This document shows, piece by piece, positions 35,268-43,382 of a DNA stretch of 64,000 bases (position 1 is its first letter; the number at the start of each line of letters is the position of its first letter). The notes under the pieces are model-generated. The model made no database searches, had not been told where the DNA came from, and saw only the letters and a program-made list of their open reading frames with translations. The position numbers and the translations under genes were made by a program. This DNA comes from Gracilibacteraceae bacterium (GTDB lineage: Bacteria > Bacillota > Desulfitobacteriia > Desulfitobacteriales > Syntrophobotulaceae), in NCBI GenBank assembly GCA_031266805.1, contig JAISAH010000084.1, positions 4,952-68,951 on the forward strand. Reading direction: 5' to 3'.

Positions 35268-36572
35268 ATGCCGGATTGGAAAAAATTTGTTGAAGAGAGA
35301 ACTGTTTCTGTTGAGGAAGCGGCCGCCACAGTCGAGTCAGGCGATCGGATCTGGATGGGCAGCACGATCTGCGTGCCTTACGGCGTGCTGGACGCTCTGG
35401 CGGAGCGTTATGAAGAACTGAGGGACGTGCTTTTGATTGCCAGTATGTATCTGGCGCCGTTTAAGATTTTGAACGATCCCAAATACAAAAAAGCGTTTCA
35501 TACCATGAGCATCTTTCCCAACGTGCTGGAACGCGCGTCCGCCAAAATCGGCACCATTGATTTTCATTCCGTCCCGTACACCTATTGGGAACGCGCGGCG
35601 CAGGAAGTTTACAAAGTCAACTCCGTCATTACGGAAGTCTGTGAGCCGGACGAGGAGGGCTATGTTAATCTGAGCGCCCTGGGCGTAGGTTGGACCCCCA
35701 ATATCATGCGTAACGCCCCCAAACTTATCGCGGTCATAAACAAATACAATAAGCCGATCCGGGGCGACGCCGTCAAGGTCAAAGTTCCGGTCAGCCGCTT
35801 TCAGTACTTTGTCCGTCACGATCACCCGCTTCCTTCCCTGCCCACCAACCCGCCGGAGGAAATTGACGAGAAGATCGCTTCGTATATTTTACCGCATATT
35901 AATCAGGGAACCACGTTCCAGATCGGCATGGGCGGTTTGGGCGACAGTATCGGCCTGGGTTTGCGGGAAAAGAAGGGCTTGACCATTCGCACCGAGATCA
36001 TGACCAACTGCATGGTGGATTTGCTGGAAAGCGGCTCTGTGGATCATATCTACGCGGCGGGCGCGTTTGGCGATCAGCGTTTGTATGATATATTCGACGA
36101 TCCGCGAGTGACGTTCAGCGACTGCTGGGATCAGCTGGAGCCGGAATCCATCGGCAAAGTACCCAATTTTGTCTCGATCAACGCCACGATGATGACGGAT
36201 ATCATCGGCCAGTGCTGCTCCGAGGCGATCGGCGTCACTCAGTATTCCGCCATGGGCGGGCAGATCGACTTTGTGCGCGGCGCGGCTAAATCCAGAGGCG
36301 GCAAATCATTTATGTGTCTGCGCTCCACCCGGAAGGACAAGGAAGGCAAAGTCCATTCCAACATTGTGGCCAAACTTCCGGAAGGTTCCATTGTCAGCAC
36401 GCCGCGCTATGACGTCATGTATCTTGTCACTGAATACGGCGTCGCCGACGTATTCCTGCGCAGCAATAAAGAGCGGATCAAAGCCATCATCAGCATCGCG
36501 CATCCTGATTTTCGCGAAGAGCTCAAAGCCCAGGCCATCGCCCAAGGCAATATCTTCGCGGACGATTTTTGA
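35268..36572 (+). CDS. Family-I CoA-transferase (acetyl-CoA hydrolase/transferase, 4-hydroxybutyrate / butyryl-CoA:acetate type)
   Basis: ...INATMMTDIIGQCCSEAIGVTQYSAMGGQIDFVRGA.... GGAGGA lies 8 nt before the ATG at 35268. Confidence 0.82.
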   Translation: MPDWKKFVEERTVSVEEAAATVESGDRIWMGSTICVPYGVLDALAERYEELRDVLLIASMYLAPFKILNDPKYKKAFHTMSIFPNVLERASAKIGTIDFHSVPYTYWERAAQEVYKVNSVITEVCEPDEEGYVNLSALGVGWTPNIMRNAPKLIAVINKYNKPIRGDAVKVKVPVSRFQYFVRHDHPLPSLPTNPPEEIDEKIASYILPHINQGTTFQIGMGGLGDSIGLGLREKKGLTIRTEIMTNCMVDLLESGSVDHIYAAGAFGDQRLYDIFDDPRVTFSDCWDQLEPESIGKVPNFVSINATMMTDIIGQCCSEAIGVTQYSAMGGQIDFVRGAAKSRGGKSFMCLRSTRKDKEGKVHSNIVAKLPEGSIVSTPRYDVMYLVTEYGVADVFLRSNKERIKAIISIAHPDFREELKAQAIAQGNIFADDF

Positions 36573-36591
36573 TTTTGGAGGAAACAAGGTA

Positions 36592-37725
36592 ATGTACGAT
36601 TTGACACAGGAAGAGCAGCTCATCATCCAGAGCGTGCGCGAGTACGCGGAAAACGTCATGGCCCCGGCGGCCAAGGAAGCCGACGTCACGGGCGAGTTTC
36701 CCTGGGAGGTGATAAACAAGGGGATCGAGCTGGGGCTGCACGCCCTGTCGATCCCGGAGGAATACGGCGGCCCCGGTATGTCGGCCCTGATGTCGGCCGT
36801 CATATCCGAGGAATTATCCAAGGCCTGCGCCGGTATGGCCACGACGCTGGGGGCCACGGGGCTGTCCTGCTACCCGGTTTTGATCGCGGGTACGGACGAG
36901 CAGAAAAAACTTTATTTTGACATCATTCAGTCCGGAAAACTGGGCGCTTTTTGCCTGACCGAGCCCGGCGCCGGTTCCGACTCCGGCTCGGTGGCCGCGA
37001 CCGCCGTGCGCGAAGGCGGCGAGTATGTGCTGAACGGCAATAAGACATTTATTACCAACGGCGCCGTGGCCAGCGTTTACACGGTGTTTGCCACGGTGGA
37101 CCGCGCCAAGGGTTTGAAGGGACTGAGCGCTTTTATCGTGGAGCGTGACCGGGCCGGCGTCAGCGTGGGCAAAGAAGAAAACAAGATGGGCATCCGCGCC
37201 TCCAACACCACGGACGTGATTTTCACGAACGTGCGGATACCGGCGGGCCATCTTCTCGGCAAAGAAGGCGACGGATTCAAGATCGCCATGAAAACGCTGG
37301 ACTCCTCCCGCGCGGGCGTAGGGGCCCAAGCCGTGGGTATATGTCAGGCGGCGCTGGAAGCTTCCATCCGCTACGCGAACGAGCGCAAGCAGTTCGGCGC
37401 GCCTATCTCCGCCAACCAGGGCATCCAGTTCATGCTGGCGGATATGGCTATCCAGACGGAGGCGGCCAGAGCGCTGGTGCGTCACGCCTGCCGCCTGCAG
37501 GACGCCGGTCAGCCTTACGGCAAGGAAGCGGCCATGTGCAAGACCTTTGCCGGCGACACCGCCATGAAAGTGACGACCGACGCCGTGCAGATATTCGGCG
37601 GTTACGGCTACAGCCGCGATTACCCGATCGAAAAACTGATGCGCGACGCGAAGATCATGCAGATTTTTGAGGGCACCAATCAGATCCAGCGGGTCGTCGT
37701 CGCCGGCCATATACTGAGACCATAG
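36592..37725 (+). CDS. Acyl-CoA dehydrogenase (Bcd/AcdB-like)
   Basis: MYDLTQEEQLIIQSVREYAE...CLTEPGAGSD...ERKQFG...IFEGTNQIQR. The ORF-track N-terminus is read-through from the previous gene frame. Confidence 0.92.
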   Translation: MYDLTQEEQLIIQSVREYAENVMAPAAKEADVTGEFPWEVINKGIELGLHALSIPEEYGGPGMSALMSAVISEELSKACAGMATTLGATGLSCYPVLIAGTDEQKKLYFDIIQSGKLGAFCLTEPGAGSDSGSVAATAVREGGEYVLNGNKTFITNGAVASVYTVFATVDRAKGLKGLSAFIVERDRAGVSVGKEENKMGIRASNTTDVIFTNVRIPAGHLLGKEGDGFKIAMKTLDSSRAGVGAQAVGICQAALEASIRYANERKQFGAPISANQGIQFMLADMAIQTEAARALVRHACRLQDAGQPYGKEAAMCKTFAGDTAMKVTTDAVQIFGGYGYSRDYPIEKLMRDAKIMQIFEGTNQIQRVVVAGHILRP

Positions 37726-37747
37726 AGAGACCATAGAGAGGTCATAG
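37715..37747 (+). repeat. 3 x 11-nt tandem repeat (TGAGACCATAG AGAGACCATAG AGAGGTCATAG) spanning the acyl-CoA dehydrogenase stop
   Basis: Read directly. Each unit ends in TAG, so the three TAGs fall in all three frames. Confidence 0.8.
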
Positions 37748-37805
37748 AGAAACGGCGGGAAAGAAGGGGCGCGCGCCGCTCCTTCGCCCTGCCGCGAGGA
37801 GTATT

Positions 37806-38573
37806 ATGAAGATCATTGTTTGTTATAAATGGACTTTGGACGAAGCGGATATTCGGGTCGACGCCGCCACGCGGGCGGTATTGAAAGAGCGGGCCAAGTA
37901 CCGGATCAGCCCCTATGACCGCAACGCCGTGGAATGCGGCGTGCGCCTCGCGGGAAAGAGCGGCGGCGAAGTCGTGGCCCTGAGCGTGGGTACAGCCGAA
38001 TTGGGAAATTCTGCCAAAGATATTCTCTCCCGCGGCGTCACGCGGCTGGCCTGGCTCGGCTGCCAGGAATTAGAAGACGCGGACGCGGCCGGCACGGCCC
38101 GTGCGTTAGCCGCCGCCGCGCGTAAAATCGGCGATTATGACCTTATTGTTTGCGGCGAGGGTTCCAGCGACAGCTATTCCCAGCAGACGGGCCCGCGCCT
38201 GGCGGAACTGCTGGATATTCCCGTCGTCACCTGCGCCAGTGAAATATCCCTGGACGGGAGCAGACTCACGGTGAAACGCAAACTGGAAGAAGGTTTTGAA
38301 ATAACGGAAACGACGCTCCCTGCTCTGATCACGGTGCTGCCGGATATCAACGAACCGCGCATCCCCGGGCTCAAAGAGATATTGGGGGCGAGCAAAAAAC
38401 CGGCGGAACGGTTTTCAGCGGAGGATCTGGGACTGGACCCGGAGACGCTCAAACCGCTGGCGCGCCGGGACAGCCTGCTGGGCACGGCGACGGACCGCCG
38501 CCGGATCGTGCTGAAAGGGGAGGGCGCGGCGGCGGAACTTTTAACTATTCTGAAACAGGAAGGTTTTTGCTGA
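37806..38573 (+). CDS. etfB: Electron transfer flavoprotein beta subunit
   Basis: MKIIVCYKWTLDEADIRV...ISPYDRNAVE...VCGEGSSDSYSQQTGP... Confidence 0.92.
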   Translation: MKIIVCYKWTLDEADIRVDAATRAVLKERAKYRISPYDRNAVECGVRLAGKSGGEVVALSVGTAELGNSAKDILSRGVTRLAWLGCQELEDADAAGTARALAAAARKIGDYDLIVCGEGSSDSYSQQTGPRLAELLDIPVVTCASEISLDGSRLTVKRKLEEGFEITETTLPALITVLPDINEPRIPGLKEILGASKKPAERFSAEDLGLDPETLKPLARRDSLLGTATDRRRIVLKGEGAAAELLTILKQEGFC

Positions 38574-38592
38574 AAAAGGAGGTGATCGGGAC

Positions 38593-39507
38593 ATGGCGGA
38601 TTTTTGGGTGATCGCGGACAAGCCGGGCGTCGCCTGTGAACTGCTGGCGTGCGCCAAGGAGCTGGTCCGGGGCGAAACGCTCGTATGCCTGACCGGTGAT
38701 CAGGAAACGGCGGCGGAAGCGGCCGCGTGCGGCGCGGATCGCGTCGCCTTGTTTGAGGGCGGGGCGCGGCCGGAATCATATGTGGCCGATTGGAGCGAGA
38801 AAGCGCGGCGGGAGCAGCCGGCGGCCATTTTGCTGGGGGCCGGCCGGCGGGACAAGGAGATCGCCGCCCGGCTGGCGGCGCGGCTGGAGGCCGGACTCAT
38901 TTCCGACTGCGTGAAACTGGAGCGCGGTCAGGGCGGTTTTTACTCTGAGCGCTATATGTACGGCGGTCTGTGTTTGGCCGGGGAAACGACCGCACGGACT
39001 CCCTTCATGGCGACGATGGCGGCGAGGGGGACCGAGCCTCTCCCGGCGGGCGCCGCGGCGCCGGTGGAAAAAACGGCGGCGGCGCGGGAGGATCCGGTCA
39101 AACTGGTGGAGCTGCAGCCTCATCAGAGCGCCTCGAATCTCATGTCCGCCAAAGTGATAGTCTGCGTGGGCCGCGGCCTCGCGCAAAAAGAAGATCTAAA
39201 GCTGGCTGAGGATCTGGCGCGGGCTCTGGGCGGCGAAGTGGGCTGCACCCGGCCTGTGGCGGAAGAGCGCCACTGGTTGCCGGAGGAAAGCTATATCGGC
39301 ATAACCGGGAAAAAACCGGCGCCGGACCTATATCTCACCTTGGGCGTTTCCGGCCAGATCCAACATTTGTCAGGCGTGCGCGACAGCAAGTTCATCGTGG
39401 CGGTGGAAAAAAACGAAACCGCGCCGATCGCGGAATCAGCCGACTACACGGTCGTCGGCGATCTGTACGACGTCGTGCCGCGGCTGCTGGCGGGACTCAA
39501 GGCGTGA
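38593..39507 (+). CDS. etfA: Electron transfer flavoprotein alpha subunit
   Basis: ...VIVCVGRGL...GCTRPV...ITGKKPAPDLYLTLGVSGQIQHLSG...IVAVEKNETAPI.... Confidence 0.92.
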   Translation: MADFWVIADKPGVACELLACAKELVRGETLVCLTGDQETAAEAAACGADRVALFEGGARPESYVADWSEKARREQPAAILLGAGRRDKEIAARLAARLEAGLISDCVKLERGQGGFYSERYMYGGLCLAGETTARTPFMATMAARGTEPLPAGAAAPVEKTAAAREDPVKLVELQPHQSASNLMSAKVIVCVGRGLAQKEDLKLAEDLARALGGEVGCTRPVAEERHWLPEESYIGITGKKPAPDLYLTLGVSGQIQHLSGVRDSKFIVAVEKNETAPIAESADYTVVGDLYDVVPRLLAGLKA

Positions 39508-39555
39508 AACGCCGCGCTTTGGCCTGACGGCGCGCCCGTGAAGGAGGAGACGAGT

Positions 39556-41136
39556 ATGTTTGCGCAGAATAAGGTTGTTGATCTGGGGCGGTTCCGAGCG
39601 ACCTGCTCCGGCAGGAGGGAAGCTGTTTGCGATTTTGACACCGGACGGCGCTACACATTTGCCGAGCTCGACCGGCGAGCGGACAGCATGGCCGCGTTTC
39701 TGACCGAGGTGACCGGTCTCCGCGCCGGCGACCGCGTGGCGTTTTGCTCGGAAAACAACGTGGCCTTCCTTGACGCTTTTTTGATGTCCTATAAAACCGG
39801 GATCATCATTACTTCTTACAACTGCATGATGGGGAAAAAAGAGCTGCTCAGCCTTGTCGCGCAGGAAACGCCCAAAGTGGTTTTTTATTCCGGCGACAGA
39901 CGCGGCGTCATGGAACCTTTCCGGACGGACGGGACGGAGAGGGAGTATGTGGCCATTCGCGGCGAGGCGGACGAGCGGGACCGGTATGCTTATGAAAACG
40001 TGATCAGCTACCGCCCCGCCCAGGCCGTTCATTATGAAACGCCGGAATATGAGGATATCCAAATGCTGATCCACACCGGCGGCACGACCGGCCGGCCCAA
40101 AGCGGCGATGATGAGTTATCGCGCCTTGCTGTGCAACGCCGTCAGTTCTATTCTGACGGTGGGCGTCAGCGAGCGCGACTGCCAGCTGCAGCTGCTGCCG
40201 TTTTTTCACACCGCCGGCTGGAATTCCCTGATGCTGCCGGTTTTTGTGGCCGGAGGCCGAACCGTCTACACCTCCGAATTTGAGGCGGGCAAGGTTTTGC
40301 GCGCCGTCGCCGCGGAACAGCCGACGGTCTGTATCGGGGTGGAGACCATGTACAAACGTTTGGCCGACCACGCGGATTTTCCGGCCGTCGATCTGTCGAG
40401 CTTTCGCTGGATGGTCAACGGAGCGGCGCCGATTTCCCGGCAGACGCTGGAAACCTATTGGCGGAAAAGGGTAAAACTGATCAACGCCTACGGAATGACG
40501 GAGATCGGACCGGAAAACCTGGTGCCGCCCGTGGACGCCATGACGTTGGAGGAAATACGGGACAAGTGGGAATCCGTGGGCAGGGCCATGCTGTTTAACC
40601 AGATGAAAATAATCGACGAAGAAGGGCGGGAAGCGCAAAGCGGCGAGCGGGGGGAGATGCTCTTCCGCGGCCCGCTGACTTTTTCCGGTTACTGGCGGAA
40701 CGAGGAACAGACCGGGAGCGTGGTGAAAAACGGCTGGATCCATACGGGAGATATAGCCTATTGTGACCCGGACGGGTTTTACTATATCTGCGGCCGCAAG
40801 AAAAATATGTTCATATCGGGGGGAGAGAACATTTATCCCGTGGAGATCGAATACGCCCTGGCCGGACATCCGGCGGTGGATTTCGCCTGTGTTATCGGGG
40901 TGGCGGACGAACAGTGGGGCGAGGTCGGCAAAGCCCTGATCGTCCTGAAACCGGGGGCGGCGGCGACAGAAAACGAGCTGCGGCGCCTGGTCAAAGAGGA
41001 ATGCACCAGCATCAAAGTTCCCAAATATATCCAATTTGTGGATAAAATCCCCCGCACTTCGGTCGGCAAATTAGACATGACAGAAATCCGCCGCCTCTAT
41101 GGATCATGTTCAGGGCGTCCCCCAGACGAATCTTAA
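39556..41136 (+). CDS. AMP-forming acyl-CoA ligase
   Basis: AMP-binding motifs IHTGGTTGRPKAAM, YGMTE, WIHTGDIAY, and PRTSVGKLD near the C-terminus. AGGAGG precedes the ATG at 39556. Confidence 0.88.
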   Translation: MFAQNKVVDLGRFRATCSGRREAVCDFDTGRRYTFAELDRRADSMAAFLTEVTGLRAGDRVAFCSENNVAFLDAFLMSYKTGIIITSYNCMMGKKELLSLVAQETPKVVFYSGDRRGVMEPFRTDGTEREYVAIRGEADERDRYAYENVISYRPAQAVHYETPEYEDIQMLIHTGGTTGRPKAAMMSYRALLCNAVSSILTVGVSERDCQLQLLPFFHTAGWNSLMLPVFVAGGRTVYTSEFEAGKVLRAVAAEQPTVCIGVETMYKRLADHADFPAVDLSSFRWMVNGAAPISRQTLETYWRKRVKLINAYGMTEIGPENLVPPVDAMTLEEIRDKWESVGRAMLFNQMKIIDEEGREAQSGERGEMLFRGPLTFSGYWRNEEQTGSVVKNGWIHTGDIAYCDPDGFYYICGRKKNMFISGGENIYPVEIEYALAGHPAVDFACVIGVADEQWGEVGKALIVLKPGAAATENELRRLVKEECTSIKVPKYIQFVDKIPRTSVGKLDMTEIRRLYGSCSGRPPDES

Positions 41137-41159
41137 AATTTAGGAGGTAACTGATAATT

Positions 41160-42410
41160 ATGGCGCAAAACGGTAAAGGAATCTATTTCGGATGGTATAT
41201 TGTTCTGACTTGTTTTTTGCTGATGGCGCTGGCTTACGCGCCCAGTACGACGCTGGTCGGGCAGTTTCTGGTCCCGATGGCGACGGATTTTGATATAAGC
41301 GTAACCGTTTCCTCAACGATCGTGACGATCGGTATGCTGGCGGCGATGATCGCCTCGCCCATCGCCGGAAAACTGCTGACCAAATACGGCATACGCAAAC
41401 TCGTAGTGGCGATGCTGCTCATCAGCGCCGTCAGCAACGCCGGTATGTGTTTTGCCCCCAAATTTGTCTTGATCAACATTTTTGCCGCTTTCCGCGGCGT
41501 CGCTCTGGCTTTTGTCGGGATGGTGCCCATTTCCATGATGGTCATGACTTGGTTCGGCAAGAGCGCGCAGGGCCGCGCCATGGCCTTTGCCACTATCGGC
41601 AGCGGTATAGGGGCCATGGCGGTCAGCCCCCTTTTGGCGGTCATCATCGCGGATATCAGCTGGCGTTATGGCTATCTGCTGTTCGCCGTCCTCAGTTTGA
41701 TCTGCGTGCCGCTGGTTATGGCGACATTCGCCCCGTCTCCGGCGGCTAAGGGGTTGACCCGTCTGGGCGACGATCCCGGCGCTCAGGCGTCAGGCGCGCC
41801 GCTTACCGGCATGACCGGCGGCGAAGCCATGAAAAGCGGTATGTTCTGGATGGTGCTGCTCGGTTTCATTTTTGTCTCCGGCGTCTGCCAGACCTGGGTG
41901 AATAACGCGCCGGGTTTTTACAGCGGCAAACTGGGCCTCACGGCCATCATGGTTGGCACTCTGATCGCGGTCACGGCTCTGACCTTGACTTTGGGCAAGA
42001 TCGGGCTGGGCATATTCTGCGACAAATTCGGCGTCAAACTCGGTTTTCTGGTCAGCGTCGCCTGCCTGGGCGTCACCTATGCGCTGGGTATCGTGGGTGA
42101 GGTCGGCGTTGTCGTCAGCATGGGCGTTGTTTGCGCCGTCGTCATGGGTCTCGGCCAATCCAGCCTCAATATCACCATGCCGCTGGTGGTCAACCAGATC
42201 TGCGGCAATAAAGATTACGGCGTCTGTATGGGTTATGTGCAGGCCGGCACGGCCATCGGCGCCGGGTTTCTGCCCCTGGGGACCACGATCTTTCTCGATC
42301 AGACCGGCAATTACGCCACGACTTTCGTTATCGCCGGCGCGTTGGCGGTCGCGGCTATCGGCCTGATATTCGGCGCCTACGCGCTGCACGGAAAAAAAGT
42401 CACCATTTGA
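41160..42410 (+). CDS. MFS transporter
   Basis: 416 aa with about 12 predicted hydrophobic spans. Strong RBS (TAGGAGG). Confidence 0.85.
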   Translation: MAQNGKGIYFGWYIVLTCFLLMALAYAPSTTLVGQFLVPMATDFDISVTVSSTIVTIGMLAAMIASPIAGKLLTKYGIRKLVVAMLLISAVSNAGMCFAPKFVLINIFAAFRGVALAFVGMVPISMMVMTWFGKSAQGRAMAFATIGSGIGAMAVSPLLAVIIADISWRYGYLLFAVLSLICVPLVMATFAPSPAAKGLTRLGDDPGAQASGAPLTGMTGGEAMKSGMFWMVLLGFIFVSGVCQTWVNNAPGFYSGKLGLTAIMVGTLIAVTALTLTLGKIGLGIFCDKFGVKLGFLVSVACLGVTYALGIVGEVGVVVSMGVVCAVVMGLGQSSLNITMPLVVNQICGNKDYGVCMGYVQAGTAIGAGFLPLGTTIFLDQTGNYATTFVIAGALAVAAIGLIFGAYALHGKKVTI

Positions 42411-42437
42411 CCTTGATTAGCCGCCGTCGGCGGCTGA

Positions 42438-42830
42438 TCACGCCCGCAAAGCGCGCATAGCGTTAAGGACGGCGATAAAAGTTACGCCCACGTCCCCGAA
42501 AACGGCGGCCCACATGGAAGCGAGGCCGAGGGCGCCGAGGACGAGGATTACGGCTTTAACGCCGAGGGCGAAAACGATATTTTGCCGGGCGATGCGAACG
42601 GTTTGCCTGGCGATGCGGATGGCGTCCACGAGTTTGGAGGGCTTGTCCGTCTGCGCCGCCACATCGGCGGCGGGCGGCGCCGCCAGCTCCACCGTCAGGC
42701 GCTGCCCGGCAAAATCCAGGACGGCGCGCGAGACGCCGCTGATCTTCCCGGCTTCGCGCTCTATTTTTGCCGCGCAATTAGCGCAACAGAGACCGGCGAG
42801 CAGAAATTCCCTTTTTATTACAGCTTCCAT
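42438..42830 (-). pseudogene. Internally deleted heavy-metal P1B-type ATPase (cadA/zntA-like) remnant: HMA domain fused in frame to the last two TM helices
   Basis: N-terminus LAGLCCANCAAKIEREAGKISGV (HMA CxxC) joins after about 65 aa to ...SKLVDAIRIARQTVRIARQNIVFALGVKAVILVLGALGLASMWAAVFGDVGVTFIAVLNAMRAL (the extreme C-terminus of CadA-type pumps). The A, P and N domains and TM1-6 are absent. Confidence 0.7.
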
Positions 42831-42870
42831 TTGTTATTCCCTCCCTGTTTGCCGCAACATAGCTGCGCTC

Positions 42871-43239
42871 TCATTCGCTGACGTGGAGCAGCCCCTGACG
42901 GAATATGGTGCCGATGTGGTCGTCGTCAAGCGAGTAGTAGACGATTTTGCCGTCGCGGCGGTTTTTGACCAGCTTGGTCTGCCGCAGCGTGCGGAGCTGG
43001 TGAGAGATGGACGATTTGGACATGCCGAGCAGGGCGGCTATATCGCAGACGCACATCTCCGAGTATTGCAGGGCGCAGAGGATCTTGACGCGGGTGGAAT
43101 CGCCGAAAACCTTGAACAGATCGGCCAGATCCAGCAGCAGTTCCTCGTCCGGCATCCGCCCCCGCACGGCGGCGACCACCTCGTCGTGGATCGTGCCGCA
43201 GTCGCAGCGGTCGTTTTCTGACAGGTTTTGAATGAGCAT
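42871..43239 (-). CDS. ArsR/SmtB-family metalloregulator (CadC-like)
   Basis: MLIQNLSENDRCDCG...LFKVFGDSTRVKILCAL...CVCDIA...SSISHQLRTLRQ..LV...R.GK.VYYSL. Confidence 0.88.
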   Translation of the reverse strand: MLIQNLSENDRCDCGTIHDEVVAAVRGRMPDEELLLDLADLFKVFGDSTRVKILCALQYSEMCVCDIAALLGMSKSSISHQLRTLRQTKLVKNRRDGKIVYYSLDDDHIGTIFRQGLLHVSE

Positions 43240-43303
43240 ATGGCGCCTCCTGAAATATCGGCCGGCTCGTACCAGCGAGCCAGACGGTTGATAGGTTGAA
43301 CAG

Positions 43304-43353
43304 TTGAACATGTATTCAATCGTTATTATAGAACAGCGCCGAAGGCTTGTCAA
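43304..43353 (-). promoter_or_regulatory. cadC promoter (TTGACA-17-TATAAT) followed by an imperfect TTGAA-N6-TTCAA operator-like palindrome
   Basis: Minus strand: -35 at 43348-43353, -10 at 43325-43330, palindrome TTGAATACATGTTCAA at 43304-43319. Confidence 0.55.
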
Positions 43354-43382
43354 GAGGTTTTGGGAAAAAAATTGCTAACCCG

